Shown here piece after piece: positions 29,399-36,887 of a stretch of DNA of 45,475 nucleotides (within the stretch, counting starts at the first letter, position 1; the number at the start of each line of letters is the position of its first letter). The stretch spans positions 1-45,475 of the forward strand of contig JBBRNJ010000074.1 of the NCBI GenBank assembly GCA_038230375.1, given 5' to 3'. The notes under the pieces were generated by a model, which was not told the origin of the DNA, ran no database searches, and worked only from the letters and a program-made list of their open reading frames with translations. Origin of the DNA: Polyangiales bacterium (GTDB lineage Bacteria; Myxococcota_A; Polyangia; Polyangiales; Polyangiaceae). The position numbers were made by a program, and so were the translations under genes.

Positions 29399-29809
29399 TC
29401 AGTCGCCGCCGGCGTCTGCGGGCGGGGCGACGTCGCACCACTTCTTGCCCTCCGCGTTCGGACCCCCGGTGCAGCCCACCGCGACGGTGGCCCCTGCGCA
29501 GTCAGCGTTCGTCGTGCACTCCTTGTAGCAGTTGCCCGGACGATCCTTCTCGCACACGGAGCCCGCGGGGCAGTCGGCCTGCGTCGTGCACATCTGGGTG
29601 CACTGCGGGTCCATGTTGCAGTCGTTGCTCGCGCAGTCCGAGTTCGCGGTGCAATCGCTGCCGATCGCTTTGCCAGTGGTCCCTCCGCTGTCGACTGCCG
29701 CACTGCCGCCATCCTTTGCGGCGGTCGTGGTGGTCGATGAGCTCGAGCACGCAAGCGCGACTCCAGCCGTGATGACAAATAGGCCCGCACACGCGAATAG
29801 TTTCTTCAT
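29399..29809 (-). CDS. Small Cys-rich lipoprotein
   Basis: LAC lipobox; repeated CT..(S/A)DC modules; GGAGA RBS. Confidence 0.75.
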   Translation of the reverse strand: MKKLFACAGLFVITAGVALACSSSSTTTTAAKDGGSAAVDSGGTTGKAIGSDCTANSDCASNDCNMDPQCTQMCTTQADCPAGSVCEKDRPGNCYKECTTNADCAGATVAVGCTGGPNAEGKKWCDVAPPADAGGD

Positions 29810-29870
29810 GATCTTCTCCCCAGCGTCGGTCAGACTGCGATCCGCAGTTGGCGCCGACACGGGCTTGAAC

Positions 29871-29886
29871 CGCAAGGCACGTGCCG
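29871..29886 (-). promoter_or_regulatory. sigma54 promoter of the 29809-28912 operon
   Basis: Minus strand CGGCACGTGCCTTGCG. Confidence 0.8.
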
Positions 29887-29937
29887 TCCGTGGCGCTGCT
29901 CTCGGTCGGGCCTTATGCCGCCGGTTTCGTTCGCCGC

Positions 29938-29987
29938 GGTACCGGGCGGTAACAATTCGGGCGGGACGACTGTTACCTCGAGGCCGC
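29938..29987. promoter_or_regulatory. Two GTYACC-N4-GGTRAC-like enhancer sites
   Basis: GGTACC-GGGC-GGTAAC (29938) and GTTACC-TCGA-GGCCGC (29972). Confidence 0.6.
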
Positions 29988-30144
29988 GATTTCGATCGGC
30001 CGCCCCAGGGCCTCTGCAGCCAGTGCCGTGGCGCGGCGGCCGCTCGCGGCGCTCACTCGAGCCAGCGCGAGACCATTCGACAAGAAGCGTGTGATGGAAC
30101 ACGTCCTGCACCGGGGCACGCGTCACCAGGCAAGGAGCCTCTTC

Positions 30145-31545
30145 ATGAACCCCCGTCATCTCGGCACTCATCTCGCGTTCACCTCGGTGCTCGCCCTCAC
30201 CACGCTCGCGGTGTCTGCATGCGGCGCGACCCCTGTCGACTCCCTCGGCACAACACAGGACCAGCTGGGCGAGAGCACGGGCCAGTCGATCCCGGTGCTC
30301 CCGTCGCCGGCTGGAACGGGCGCGCTGTCACAGTGGGGAGGAGGCGACTCTTCGCGGTGGCGCCCAGAGGCCATCGTCGCGAACGCGGTATCGACCGCGC
30401 TGAACGACGTATGGAAGCGGCCCAACGTGACGGACGCGATCGTCGCGGTCCCCACCAAGATGCTCGTCAGCAATCTCTTCGAGTTCGGTGACGGTCAGGC
30501 CGACGGAGCGCCGTCGTTTCCGTGGTGGAATCAGTCGCGGGCGCAGGTGGTCGCCACGCTCATCCGCTCCACGAACTCTCCCGCAACGGTGTCCTTCCGC
30601 TTCGACCGCGCGCTGCCCTACGCCGGCACGACGTTCGAGATCCAGTACGCGAAGAACGGGCAGCGGCCGCTCACGTCGGTGACGCTGAATGCGACGCGCA
30701 CGTCCGAAGGTGACGCCGTCGCGGACTGGACGCCGACGAGCGATCTGGGGTGGGATGGGAATCTCAGCAACGCGGTCATCCTGGTTCATCCAAGCGGATG
30801 GGGCGACTGGTTCCCGATCTGGTTCCGCATGCCAGTGAAGAAGATCGCAGACCTCCACGCGAGCGCCGTTCACTACTCCGATGGGCGCAGCATCATCGAT
30901 CGTGAGGGCGTGTCGTCACAGAACGCGGCGAACGCGCACGATCTCTCCACGCCGTGGCAGCGTCTGATGAATCACTCGTTCGCGGCTAGCTACAACAACG
31001 CCGGCACTGGCCACGTGAACCCGTTCGTCCCGAACGACATCCACTCGCAGTTCCCGTACAACAATCACAACTACGTGACCGGCATCGGTCGCGGCTGGAC
31101 CTGGGTCGCGGACGAGCGCCCGAGCGGCTTCAAGGACATGTACACGTGCTTCGAGCGGCGCCGCGCGGCCGATGAGGCGAGCGCGCCCGACGGCGGCGTC
31201 CCGAGCGGCGGCGGCTGGCACCAGATCAACGACACCCAGGAGACCATCGTCAACGATCTCGAAGCCGGGCCGCTGGTCGTGGGCTCCGCTGCGGCGAACC
31301 CGTGGATGGAGTCGTGGCTGCCCTCCGGGCGCTTCGCATACAACAACACGGACGTCATCACGGTCCGGTGGCTCAAGCCGGGTGAAGCGTTCATCACGCC
31401 CGCGGGCGGCTTTCGCCCCGACGGCAAGGGCGGCTGGTACGATCAGTCGAACTACCACTGGTACTTCTTCCAGCAGGCCCAGGAGGTCTGCACGGAGGAG
31501 CTCGTGACGCCACGCGGCGGCGCACCGACGGGCTTCAACCTCTAG
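30145..31545 (+). CDS. Trp/Asn-rich hypothetical lipoprotein
   Basis: AAGGAG RBS, VSAC lipobox, strong GC3 bias; no family recognised. Confidence 0.75.
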   Translation: MNPRHLGTHLAFTSVLALTTLAVSACGATPVDSLGTTQDQLGESTGQSIPVLPSPAGTGALSQWGGGDSSRWRPEAIVANAVSTALNDVWKRPNVTDAIVAVPTKMLVSNLFEFGDGQADGAPSFPWWNQSRAQVVATLIRSTNSPATVSFRFDRALPYAGTTFEIQYAKNGQRPLTSVTLNATRTSEGDAVADWTPTSDLGWDGNLSNAVILVHPSGWGDWFPIWFRMPVKKIADLHASAVHYSDGRSIIDREGVSSQNAANAHDLSTPWQRLMNHSFAASYNNAGTGHVNPFVPNDIHSQFPYNNHNYVTGIGRGWTWVADERPSGFKDMYTCFERRRAADEASAPDGGVPSGGGWHQINDTQETIVNDLEAGPLVVGSAAANPWMESWLPSGRFAYNNTDVITVRWLKPGEAFITPAGGFRPDGKGGWYDQSNYHWYFFQQAQEVCTEELVTPRGGAPTGFNL

Positions 31546-31612
31546 TCAGCTATGCGCGCGTCGAGCGCCAGCCCCTGCTGCGGGCCCATCACGGGTGAGA
31601 TGCGCGCGCCTG

Positions 31613-32389
31613 CTAATCGTGCGCTTCGAACGCCCATGTCACGCCCGCGCGGACCTCGTACGCGGTCTCCTCGTCCACCTTGCCCACGCGAAGCCCGGCG
31701 TCCAACGAGACGGTCTCATTCACGCGGAGGATCGCGCCGCCGAGCAGCGAGAGGCGCGTCTCCGCGGAGAAGTTTCGCTCCCAGTAGACCTCTGCGACCG
31801 GGCGCAGCCGCCACGCGTCGGGTCCCTCGACGATCACGCCGGTGAAGAGATCGCGATCGTGCCGCTCACGCGTGAGCTCGAACGCCGCGTTCAGATGGAC
31901 GCTGCCGTATGCGTTGCGGAGTGACACGATCCCGGCGGCGGAAGCACCCATACCCGTGTCGCGCCCGACCGTCGGAAGCAATGCACCCGACTCGAGCGCG
32001 ACGCTTGGTCCCGTCCCACCCTGCAGAGCGCCTCGGCGGATGAGCCACTTAACAAGGACGTCGGTGTCGTCGAGGGTGAAGCGTCCGTCGCCCGCGCGGA
32101 TCGGCTGGTCCATCGAGACGAGCCCGCGCCCATCGGCGACCAGCTCCACATCGGGAGCAAAGCCGTAGTTCAGGACGTAGCGTGGCGTGACCAGGAGGTG
32201 CTCGTGCTGCTCCTTCAGGTAACCGGCAGGACCGAGCTCGATCTCGGTCTCGCCCACAGGAACGACGTCCGCGTCGGTGCCATCGAACGGCCTGTACGCG
32301 TGGGCGCGCAGCGCGCAGAGCACGCCGGCGACGACGAGCGCGATGCTGGACAGCCGTGGAAGCCGGCGCGTAGGCGTCAGAGGCGCCAC
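31613..32389 (-). CDS. Outer-membrane beta-barrel/porin-like protein (mature N-terminus YRPFDGTDA)
   Basis: Signal peptide ending AHA, amphipathic strands, near-terminal VTWAF; inferred GTG start overlaps the cytochrome 3' end. Confidence 0.7.
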   Translation of the reverse strand: MAPLTPTRRLPRLSSIALVVAGVLCALRAHAYRPFDGTDADVVPVGETEIELGPAGYLKEQHEHLLVTPRYVLNYGFAPDVELVADGRGLVSMDQPIRAGDGRFTLDDTDVLVKWLIRRGALQGGTGPSVALESGALLPTVGRDTGMGASAAGIVSLRNAYGSVHLNAAFELTRERHDRDLFTGVIVEGPDAWRLRPVAEVYWERNFSAETRLSLLGGAILRVNETVSLDAGLRVGKVDEETAYEVRAGVTWAFEAHD

Positions 32390-33729
32390 GGGGAGCGGCC
32401 CGGCGCGTGCTTCAGGACGTTCGTTGCCCAGGCCGTGTCCTTGTCCTTGTGGCATGACGTGCAGGGGTTCGGAATCTTGTACGTGTCCGTCATCGACGGG
32501 GTGATGAACTGGAAGGTGTGCGAGCGCACGTTCACGTCCGCGATCGTCACCTCGATCTTCGGCATGTGGCACGCAACGCACTCGGAGCCGACGCTTCCAG
32601 ATCTGTGGAGCGAGTGCGCCTCCAGCGTGATCGCGCGCGGGCCGTTCTTCTCGCCTGCGCCGTGGCAGGTGAGGCAGAGCGCGTTGCCCGCGAGGCGTGT
32701 CTGGCCGGGATTCGAGGTCCCGTGCACGTCGTGGCAGCTCGCGCACGTGATGTCGTGCTTGTACATCACGCTCCGCACGAAGTCGTTTCCCTGCATGCGG
32801 TTCTTGTGGCCGGTGCCATCCGCGAAGTGCGTGAAGCTCTGCTCGCCGAGCTTGTTCTCCTCGAGCCGCCAGTAGTCGGACAGCTCCATGCCCACCTGGT
32901 AGCCCACGGGCCAGTCGTACTGTCGTCCCGCGATCGGGTTCGTGAGCGGCCGGCCTTGCGAGTGGCACTGGATGCACGTGTCGTTCGAGTGCACCGCATC
33001 CATGCGTCCTGGGTTCTGCACGTTCACGCGCGTGGGGTTCTTTGCGTGCGCGGCGCTCGGCCCGTGGCAGCGTTCGCAGCCGACGTTCCATTCGACCACG
33101 GTCTTCTTCTGGACGTCGTAGCCCACGGAGTGACAGCCGTCGCAGAGCGGGCCGGTGGGTCGCTGCATGTTGTCCGGCGGGTAGAGCGTGGACCACCAGT
33201 CGGTGCCGTTCTTGACGAAGTACTCGCGCCAGACCTTGTTCTTCACGTCCCACTGCGCCTGCTGCGGGAAGTAGTCGTCACCGACCTTCGTGAAGTAGCG
33301 CTGCTTCCACAGCGTGCCGTAGACCAGCGCGACGTCCTCCTTCTTGAAGGGGTGCAGCGTGTTCGTGCCGAGGTCGGGGATGATCACGTCTGGCGAGAGC
33401 TTCGGATCGCGGACCACGTTCGCCATGGGAGTCTTCTTCCAGCGATCGTAGATGTCCGTGTGGCAGGGCCTGCAAGAGAGCGACCCGGCGAACGACCCGT
33501 TGGCGAGCGCGACAGCCGCAGGCGTTCCTGAGGGCGGTGCGTGCGCGACCGAAGCAGCGGGCGGGGCGCCGGCATCGACGGGACGCTGCGCCGCGCCCGG
33601 CGCCCTCGGGCCCGGCCCCTCTCCCTGGCCCGCGCACGAGGGGAGCACGGACGCGAGGGCCATGGCCGGGAGCAACACCACGACGGCAAGGCCGCGTCGG
33701 ATGAGGAGTCGACTGGGGACGGAGCGCAT
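32377..33729 (-). CDS. Octaheme c-type cytochrome, probable lipoprotein
   Basis: Eight CxxCH motifs: CRPCH, CDGCH, CERCH, CIQCH, CASCH, CLTCH, CVACH, CTSCH; signal peptide ending LPSC. Confidence 0.92.
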   Translation of the reverse strand: MRSVPSRLLIRRGLAVVVLLPAMALASVLPSCAGQGEGPGPRAPGAAQRPVDAGAPPAASVAHAPPSGTPAAVALANGSFAGSLSCRPCHTDIYDRWKKTPMANVVRDPKLSPDVIIPDLGTNTLHPFKKEDVALVYGTLWKQRYFTKVGDDYFPQQAQWDVKNKVWREYFVKNGTDWWSTLYPPDNMQRPTGPLCDGCHSVGYDVQKKTVVEWNVGCERCHGPSAAHAKNPTRVNVQNPGRMDAVHSNDTCIQCHSQGRPLTNPIAGRQYDWPVGYQVGMELSDYWRLEENKLGEQSFTHFADGTGHKNRMQGNDFVRSVMYKHDITCASCHDVHGTSNPGQTRLAGNALCLTCHGAGEKNGPRAITLEAHSLHRSGSVGSECVACHMPKIEVTIADVNVRSHTFQFITPSMTDTYKIPNPCTSCHKDKDTAWATNVLKHAPGRSPWRL

Positions 33730-33737
33730 GGTCAGGA

Positions 33738-33773
33738 TGTAACGTATGTTGCGGCGTGCAGCAATCGTTGCGT
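33738..33773. promoter_or_regulatory. Operator-like box 1 (two TGYARC-N4-GTTGCG imperfect palindromes)
   Basis: TGTAACGTATGTTGCG-GCG-TGCAGCAATCGTTGCGT; 31/36 identical to 34019-34054. Confidence 0.7.
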
Positions 33774-33835
33774 TGAGCGAGCTCGGCCTGGTGTAGAAGG
33801 GCCGCGTGACACCCGCCGATCTGCCGCCGCACCAC

Positions 33836-34012
33836 ATGACGGATCGAAGGGCGCTGTACGCGTGGGCGGTGGCGCCCGCGCTGGGGGCGGCGTCGCTGGG
33901 TGATGGTCGGTCGCTGTTCGTTCCGCTGGTGATCGGCGCGGCCATGAAGATCGCCTACGACGTGCTCCTGTATCTGGCCTTCCGCGGTGCTCGCCCTCCC
34001 GAGGAGGCCTGA
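33836..34012 (+). pseudogene. MFS transporter remnant (probable in-frame internal deletion)
   Basis: 58-aa ORF ending PLVIGAAMKIAYDVLLYLAFRGARPPEEA, resembling (from memory) the last TM and C-terminus of MFS transporters found near chrB genes. Confidence 0.6.
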
Positions 34013-34018
34013 GCCGTC

Positions 34019-34054
34019 TGTAACGTATGTTGCGTGATGCAGCGACCGTTGCGT
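34019..34054. promoter_or_regulatory. Operator-like box 2, directly upstream of the chrB-like gene
   Basis: TGTAACGTATGTTGCG-TGA-TGCAGCGACCGTTGCGT. Confidence 0.7.
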
Positions 34055-34069
34055 GACGCCTACCGGCTC

Positions 34070-35101
34070 ATGGTGTACACCTTGGTCGTGCCCCGCGCCG
34101 ACCGAAGAACCTCTGCTGCATCCGCAGCTTCCTCGCGTGGGCGGTGGGTGCTGCTCATTCCGTCCGTGCCGGGTGGCACCACGTCCGCGCGCGTTCGCGT
34201 GTGGCGGCGGCTGCAGTCCGTCGGCGCCATCGCCGTGAAGAACTCTGTCTACGTGCTGCCGAACACGGAGGCGTGCGTGGAGACGTTCCAGTGGGTGTCG
34301 CGGGAGATCGTGGCGCTCGGGGGGCAGGCTTCGCTCTGCGAAGCCCATTTCATTGACGGCGTGAGCGATGCGGACATCGAGCGGCGCTTCGAAGAGGCGC
34401 GGAACGCGGACTACGCGGCCCTCGCCGGGCTGGCGCGGAAGGTTCTGCGCGCTCTCGCGGGTGGGCGCCTCACAGCGAAGAAGCGCGCCACGTTGGAGGC
34501 GGAGGTGGGGCGACTCCAGAAGCGTCGCGACGAGGTCGTGCTGCTCGACTTCGCGCAGGCGACGGGGCGAGAGGCCGTTGATGGTTTGCTCTCGCAGATC
34601 GGCCGCGACCTGTCCCCCGAGAGCTCCGCAAAGGGACCGAATGGCGCACTGTCACCGCTGCGTCGTCCGCGCGGCGGAACGTGGGTCACGCGTGCGGGCG
34701 TGCATGTGGACCGCATCGCGTGTGCGTGGCTGGTGCGCCGGTTCATCGATCCACGGGGGAAGCTCAAGTTCGTGCAGGGCAAGACGTACACGCCGGCCGC
34801 CGGGGAGCTGCGCTTCGACATGTTCGACGCCGAGCTCACGCACGTAGGGGACCGGTGCTCGTTCGAGGTGATGTTGACGCGCTTTGGGCTTGCGGACGTT
34901 GGGCTCGTTGCGCTCGGCGAGATCGTCCACGACATCGACATGAAGGACGAGAAGTTCGGCCGGCCGGAGACGAGTGGGGTGAGGAGCACGATCCTGGGGA
35001 TCGCCGCGTCGATCGAGGCTGATGATGCGCGCATCGCCGCTGCCACGCCGCTGCTGGACTCGTTGCACGCGTTCTTCTCCAGGAAGGGGATGGGTCGATG
35101 A
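34070..35101 (+). CDS. chrB: ChrB-family (chromate resistance) regulator
   Basis: N-terminal W.LL...P...RVRVWRRL...GA..VKNSVYVLP; C-terminal WVTR..VHVDRIACAWLVRRFIDP, FDM, THVGDRCSFE, IVHDID; start may be GTG 34088. Confidence 0.88.
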   Translation: MVYTLVVPRADRRTSAASAASSRGRWVLLIPSVPGGTTSARVRVWRRLQSVGAIAVKNSVYVLPNTEACVETFQWVSREIVALGGQASLCEAHFIDGVSDADIERRFEEARNADYAALAGLARKVLRALAGGRLTAKKRATLEAEVGRLQKRRDEVVLLDFAQATGREAVDGLLSQIGRDLSPESSAKGPNGALSPLRRPRGGTWVTRAGVHVDRIACAWLVRRFIDPRGKLKFVQGKTYTPAAGELRFDMFDAELTHVGDRCSFEVMLTRFGLADVGLVALGEIVHDIDMKDEKFGRPETSGVRSTILGIAASIEADDARIAAATPLLDSLHAFFSRKGMGR

Positions 35102-35877
35102 GCGTTCGTGCGTCCGGGATCTTTGTTGTGCTCATGGTTCCTGGCGCGGTCGGCTGTCGCGAGAGCGCTCCGCCCACACACGAGCAAGCGCCACGCGCCG
35201 TCACGGAGGCGACCACACTGACATCGCCAACCTCATCGGCCCCGTCGCCCATGGGTGTCGCCGCTGGTTCCGCCGGCGGCGCCGATGCGGGCGCGTCCGG
35301 CTTTCGTGTGCAGGGGTTCGACACGTTGGCGCTGGGTCCCGTGACTGCCTTGCAGTCGATGCGCACCGGGCCTGGTACGGACGGTCGCTTTGTCGTTGTG
35401 GCTGCGGCGGACGCGCCCAGCGCGCCGAACGTGCTTCGCCAGGTGGACACGGACGGGACCGATGGACGGTTTGCGCTTGCCGTTCTTCCCGAGAGCGCGC
35501 CGGCAGACGTGCGCGTGAGCGTCTCGTGCCGCGCTCTGTCGGGCTCGGTGGATCAGGCATGCGGCCTGGTTCTCCGACTGCAGGGCGCGAACGACTACTA
35601 CGTGGCGCGCGCGAACGCGCTCGAGGACAACGTGCGGTTCTACTACGTGAAGGGTGGGCGTCGTGTGCAGCTCGCGTCCTTCACCGGCAAGGTAGCGAGC
35701 AAGCGGTGGCACACGCTACGGGTCGACGCGCGAGGCGATCTGTTCGAGGTGTACTTCGATGGCGTGCGGGTGATGTCCGCGCACGACAAGACCTTCGCGG
35801 AGGGCGGAAGGGTTGGCGTGTGGACCAAGGCGGACTCGGTGACCGAGTTCGACGACCTGACGGTCGGCGCGCCGTGA
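35098..35877 (+). CDS. Lipoprotein with a concanavalin-like/DUF1080-like beta-sandwich domain
   Basis: AVGC lipobox; SGSVDQACGLV, NDYYVARANALEDNV, WHTLRV, D.TF..GGRVGVWTKADSVT.FDDL. Confidence 0.75.
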   Translation: MSVRASGIFVVLMVPGAVGCRESAPPTHEQAPRAVTEATTLTSPTSSAPSPMGVAAGSAGGADAGASGFRVQGFDTLALGPVTALQSMRTGPGTDGRFVVVAAADAPSAPNVLRQVDTDGTDGRFALAVLPESAPADVRVSVSCRALSGSVDQACGLVLRLQGANDYYVARANALEDNVRFYYVKGGRRVQLASFTGKVASKRWHTLRVDARGDLFEVYFDGVRVMSAHDKTFAEGGRVGVWTKADSVTEFDDLTVGAP

Positions 35878-36887
35878 GGGTCGCCGCGGTGCACGCGGGC
35901 CTTGCGGCGCTCGGGCTGCTGTTCCTCTTGTTCCCGGGATGTCGCGATCAATCGAAGGACGTCACGGTGTACACGTCGGTCGATCAGGTCTTCGCCGAGC
36001 CCATCCTGAAGGACTTTGCGCGCGATGGTCGAACGGCACCGCGCAGCGCGTTCGACACCGAGGAGACGAAGAGCACCGGCGTGCTGAACCGGATCATCGC
36101 CGAGTCGGCGCATCCGCAGGCGGACGTGTTCTGGTCGGGCGATCCGATGCGCGCGCTCGTGCTCGTCCAGAAGGGGCTCGCCGAGCCATACATCTCGCCC
36201 AACGCGGCAAGCATCCCCGCCGAGTACAAGGCCAACGATGGCTCGTGGACGGGCTTCGGTGCGCGTGCACGCGTCGTCCTCGTCAACACGGACAAGGTCC
36301 CTGCCGCGCGCACGCCGCGCTCCGTGAAGGACCTCATCAACCCGGCGTTCAAGGGTCAGATAGCGATCGCCAATCCGCTCTACGGCACCACGACCATGCA
36401 CGTGGCTGCGCTCTCGCGTGCCTGGGGGGATGCGGAGACGCGCGCGTTCTTCGCGGACCTGCGCAAGAACGACGTGCGCGTGGCGAGCTCCAACGGCGAG
36501 GTGAGGCGGCTCGTTGCGAGCGGCGAGATCGCCTTCGGTCTGGTGGACACGGACGACGCGCACGAGGCCCTGGCGGAGAAGGCGCACGTCACAATGGTCT
36601 TTCCGGACCAGGACGGGATGGGCACGCTGGTGGTCCCGACCGCCGTCGTGCTCATCAAGAACGGACCGCACTCCGCGCGTGGTCGCGAGCTGATCGATTT
36701 TCTCCTCACGCCTCAGGTGGAGAAGGCGCTCGGAGAGCGTGCAGCGCACATGCCGCTGCGCAAGGAGTTACACGTGGACGGCGTGCCCGACCTCGGCGGC
36801 GTACGCGCCATGAAGGTGGACTACGCGGAGCTGGCGAGCGAGATCACCCGGCTCGAGCCCTGGCTACGACAGTGGGCCGGGCTGTAG
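35874..36887 (+). CDS. ABC transporter substrate-binding lipoprotein (Fe3+/thiamine, FbpA/AfuA-like family)
   Basis: FPGC lipobox; VTVYTS, PQADVFW, ARARV...N, IAIANP, GTL, DFLL; GTGA overlap with the upstream gene. Confidence 0.88.
   Translation: MRVAAVHAGLAALGLLFLLFPGCRDQSKDVTVYTSVDQVFAEPILKDFARDGRTAPRSAFDTEETKSTGVLNRIIAESAHPQADVFWSGDPMRALVLVQKGLAEPYISPNAASIPAEYKANDGSWTGFGARARVVLVNTDKVPAARTPRSVKDLINPAFKGQIAIANPLYGTTTMHVAALSRAWGDAETRAFFADLRKNDVRVASSNGEVRRLVASGEIAFGLVDTDDAHEALAEKAHVTMVFPDQDGMGTLVVPTAVVLIKNGPHSARGRELIDFLLTPQVEKALGERAAHMPLRKELHVDGVPDLGGVRAMKVDYAELASEITRLEPWLRQWAGL

Noticed and set aside
33738..34054. Direct repeats as att sites or target-site duplication of a mobile element
   Set aside because: No integrase or transposase; mismatches confined to spacers fit operators better
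35022..35873. Long N-terminal extensions in the ORF track (SBP, permease, kinase, porin, 10543, 17715-19334)
   Set aside because: They overlap neighbouring genes or promoters; signal peptides and RBS support the shorter starts
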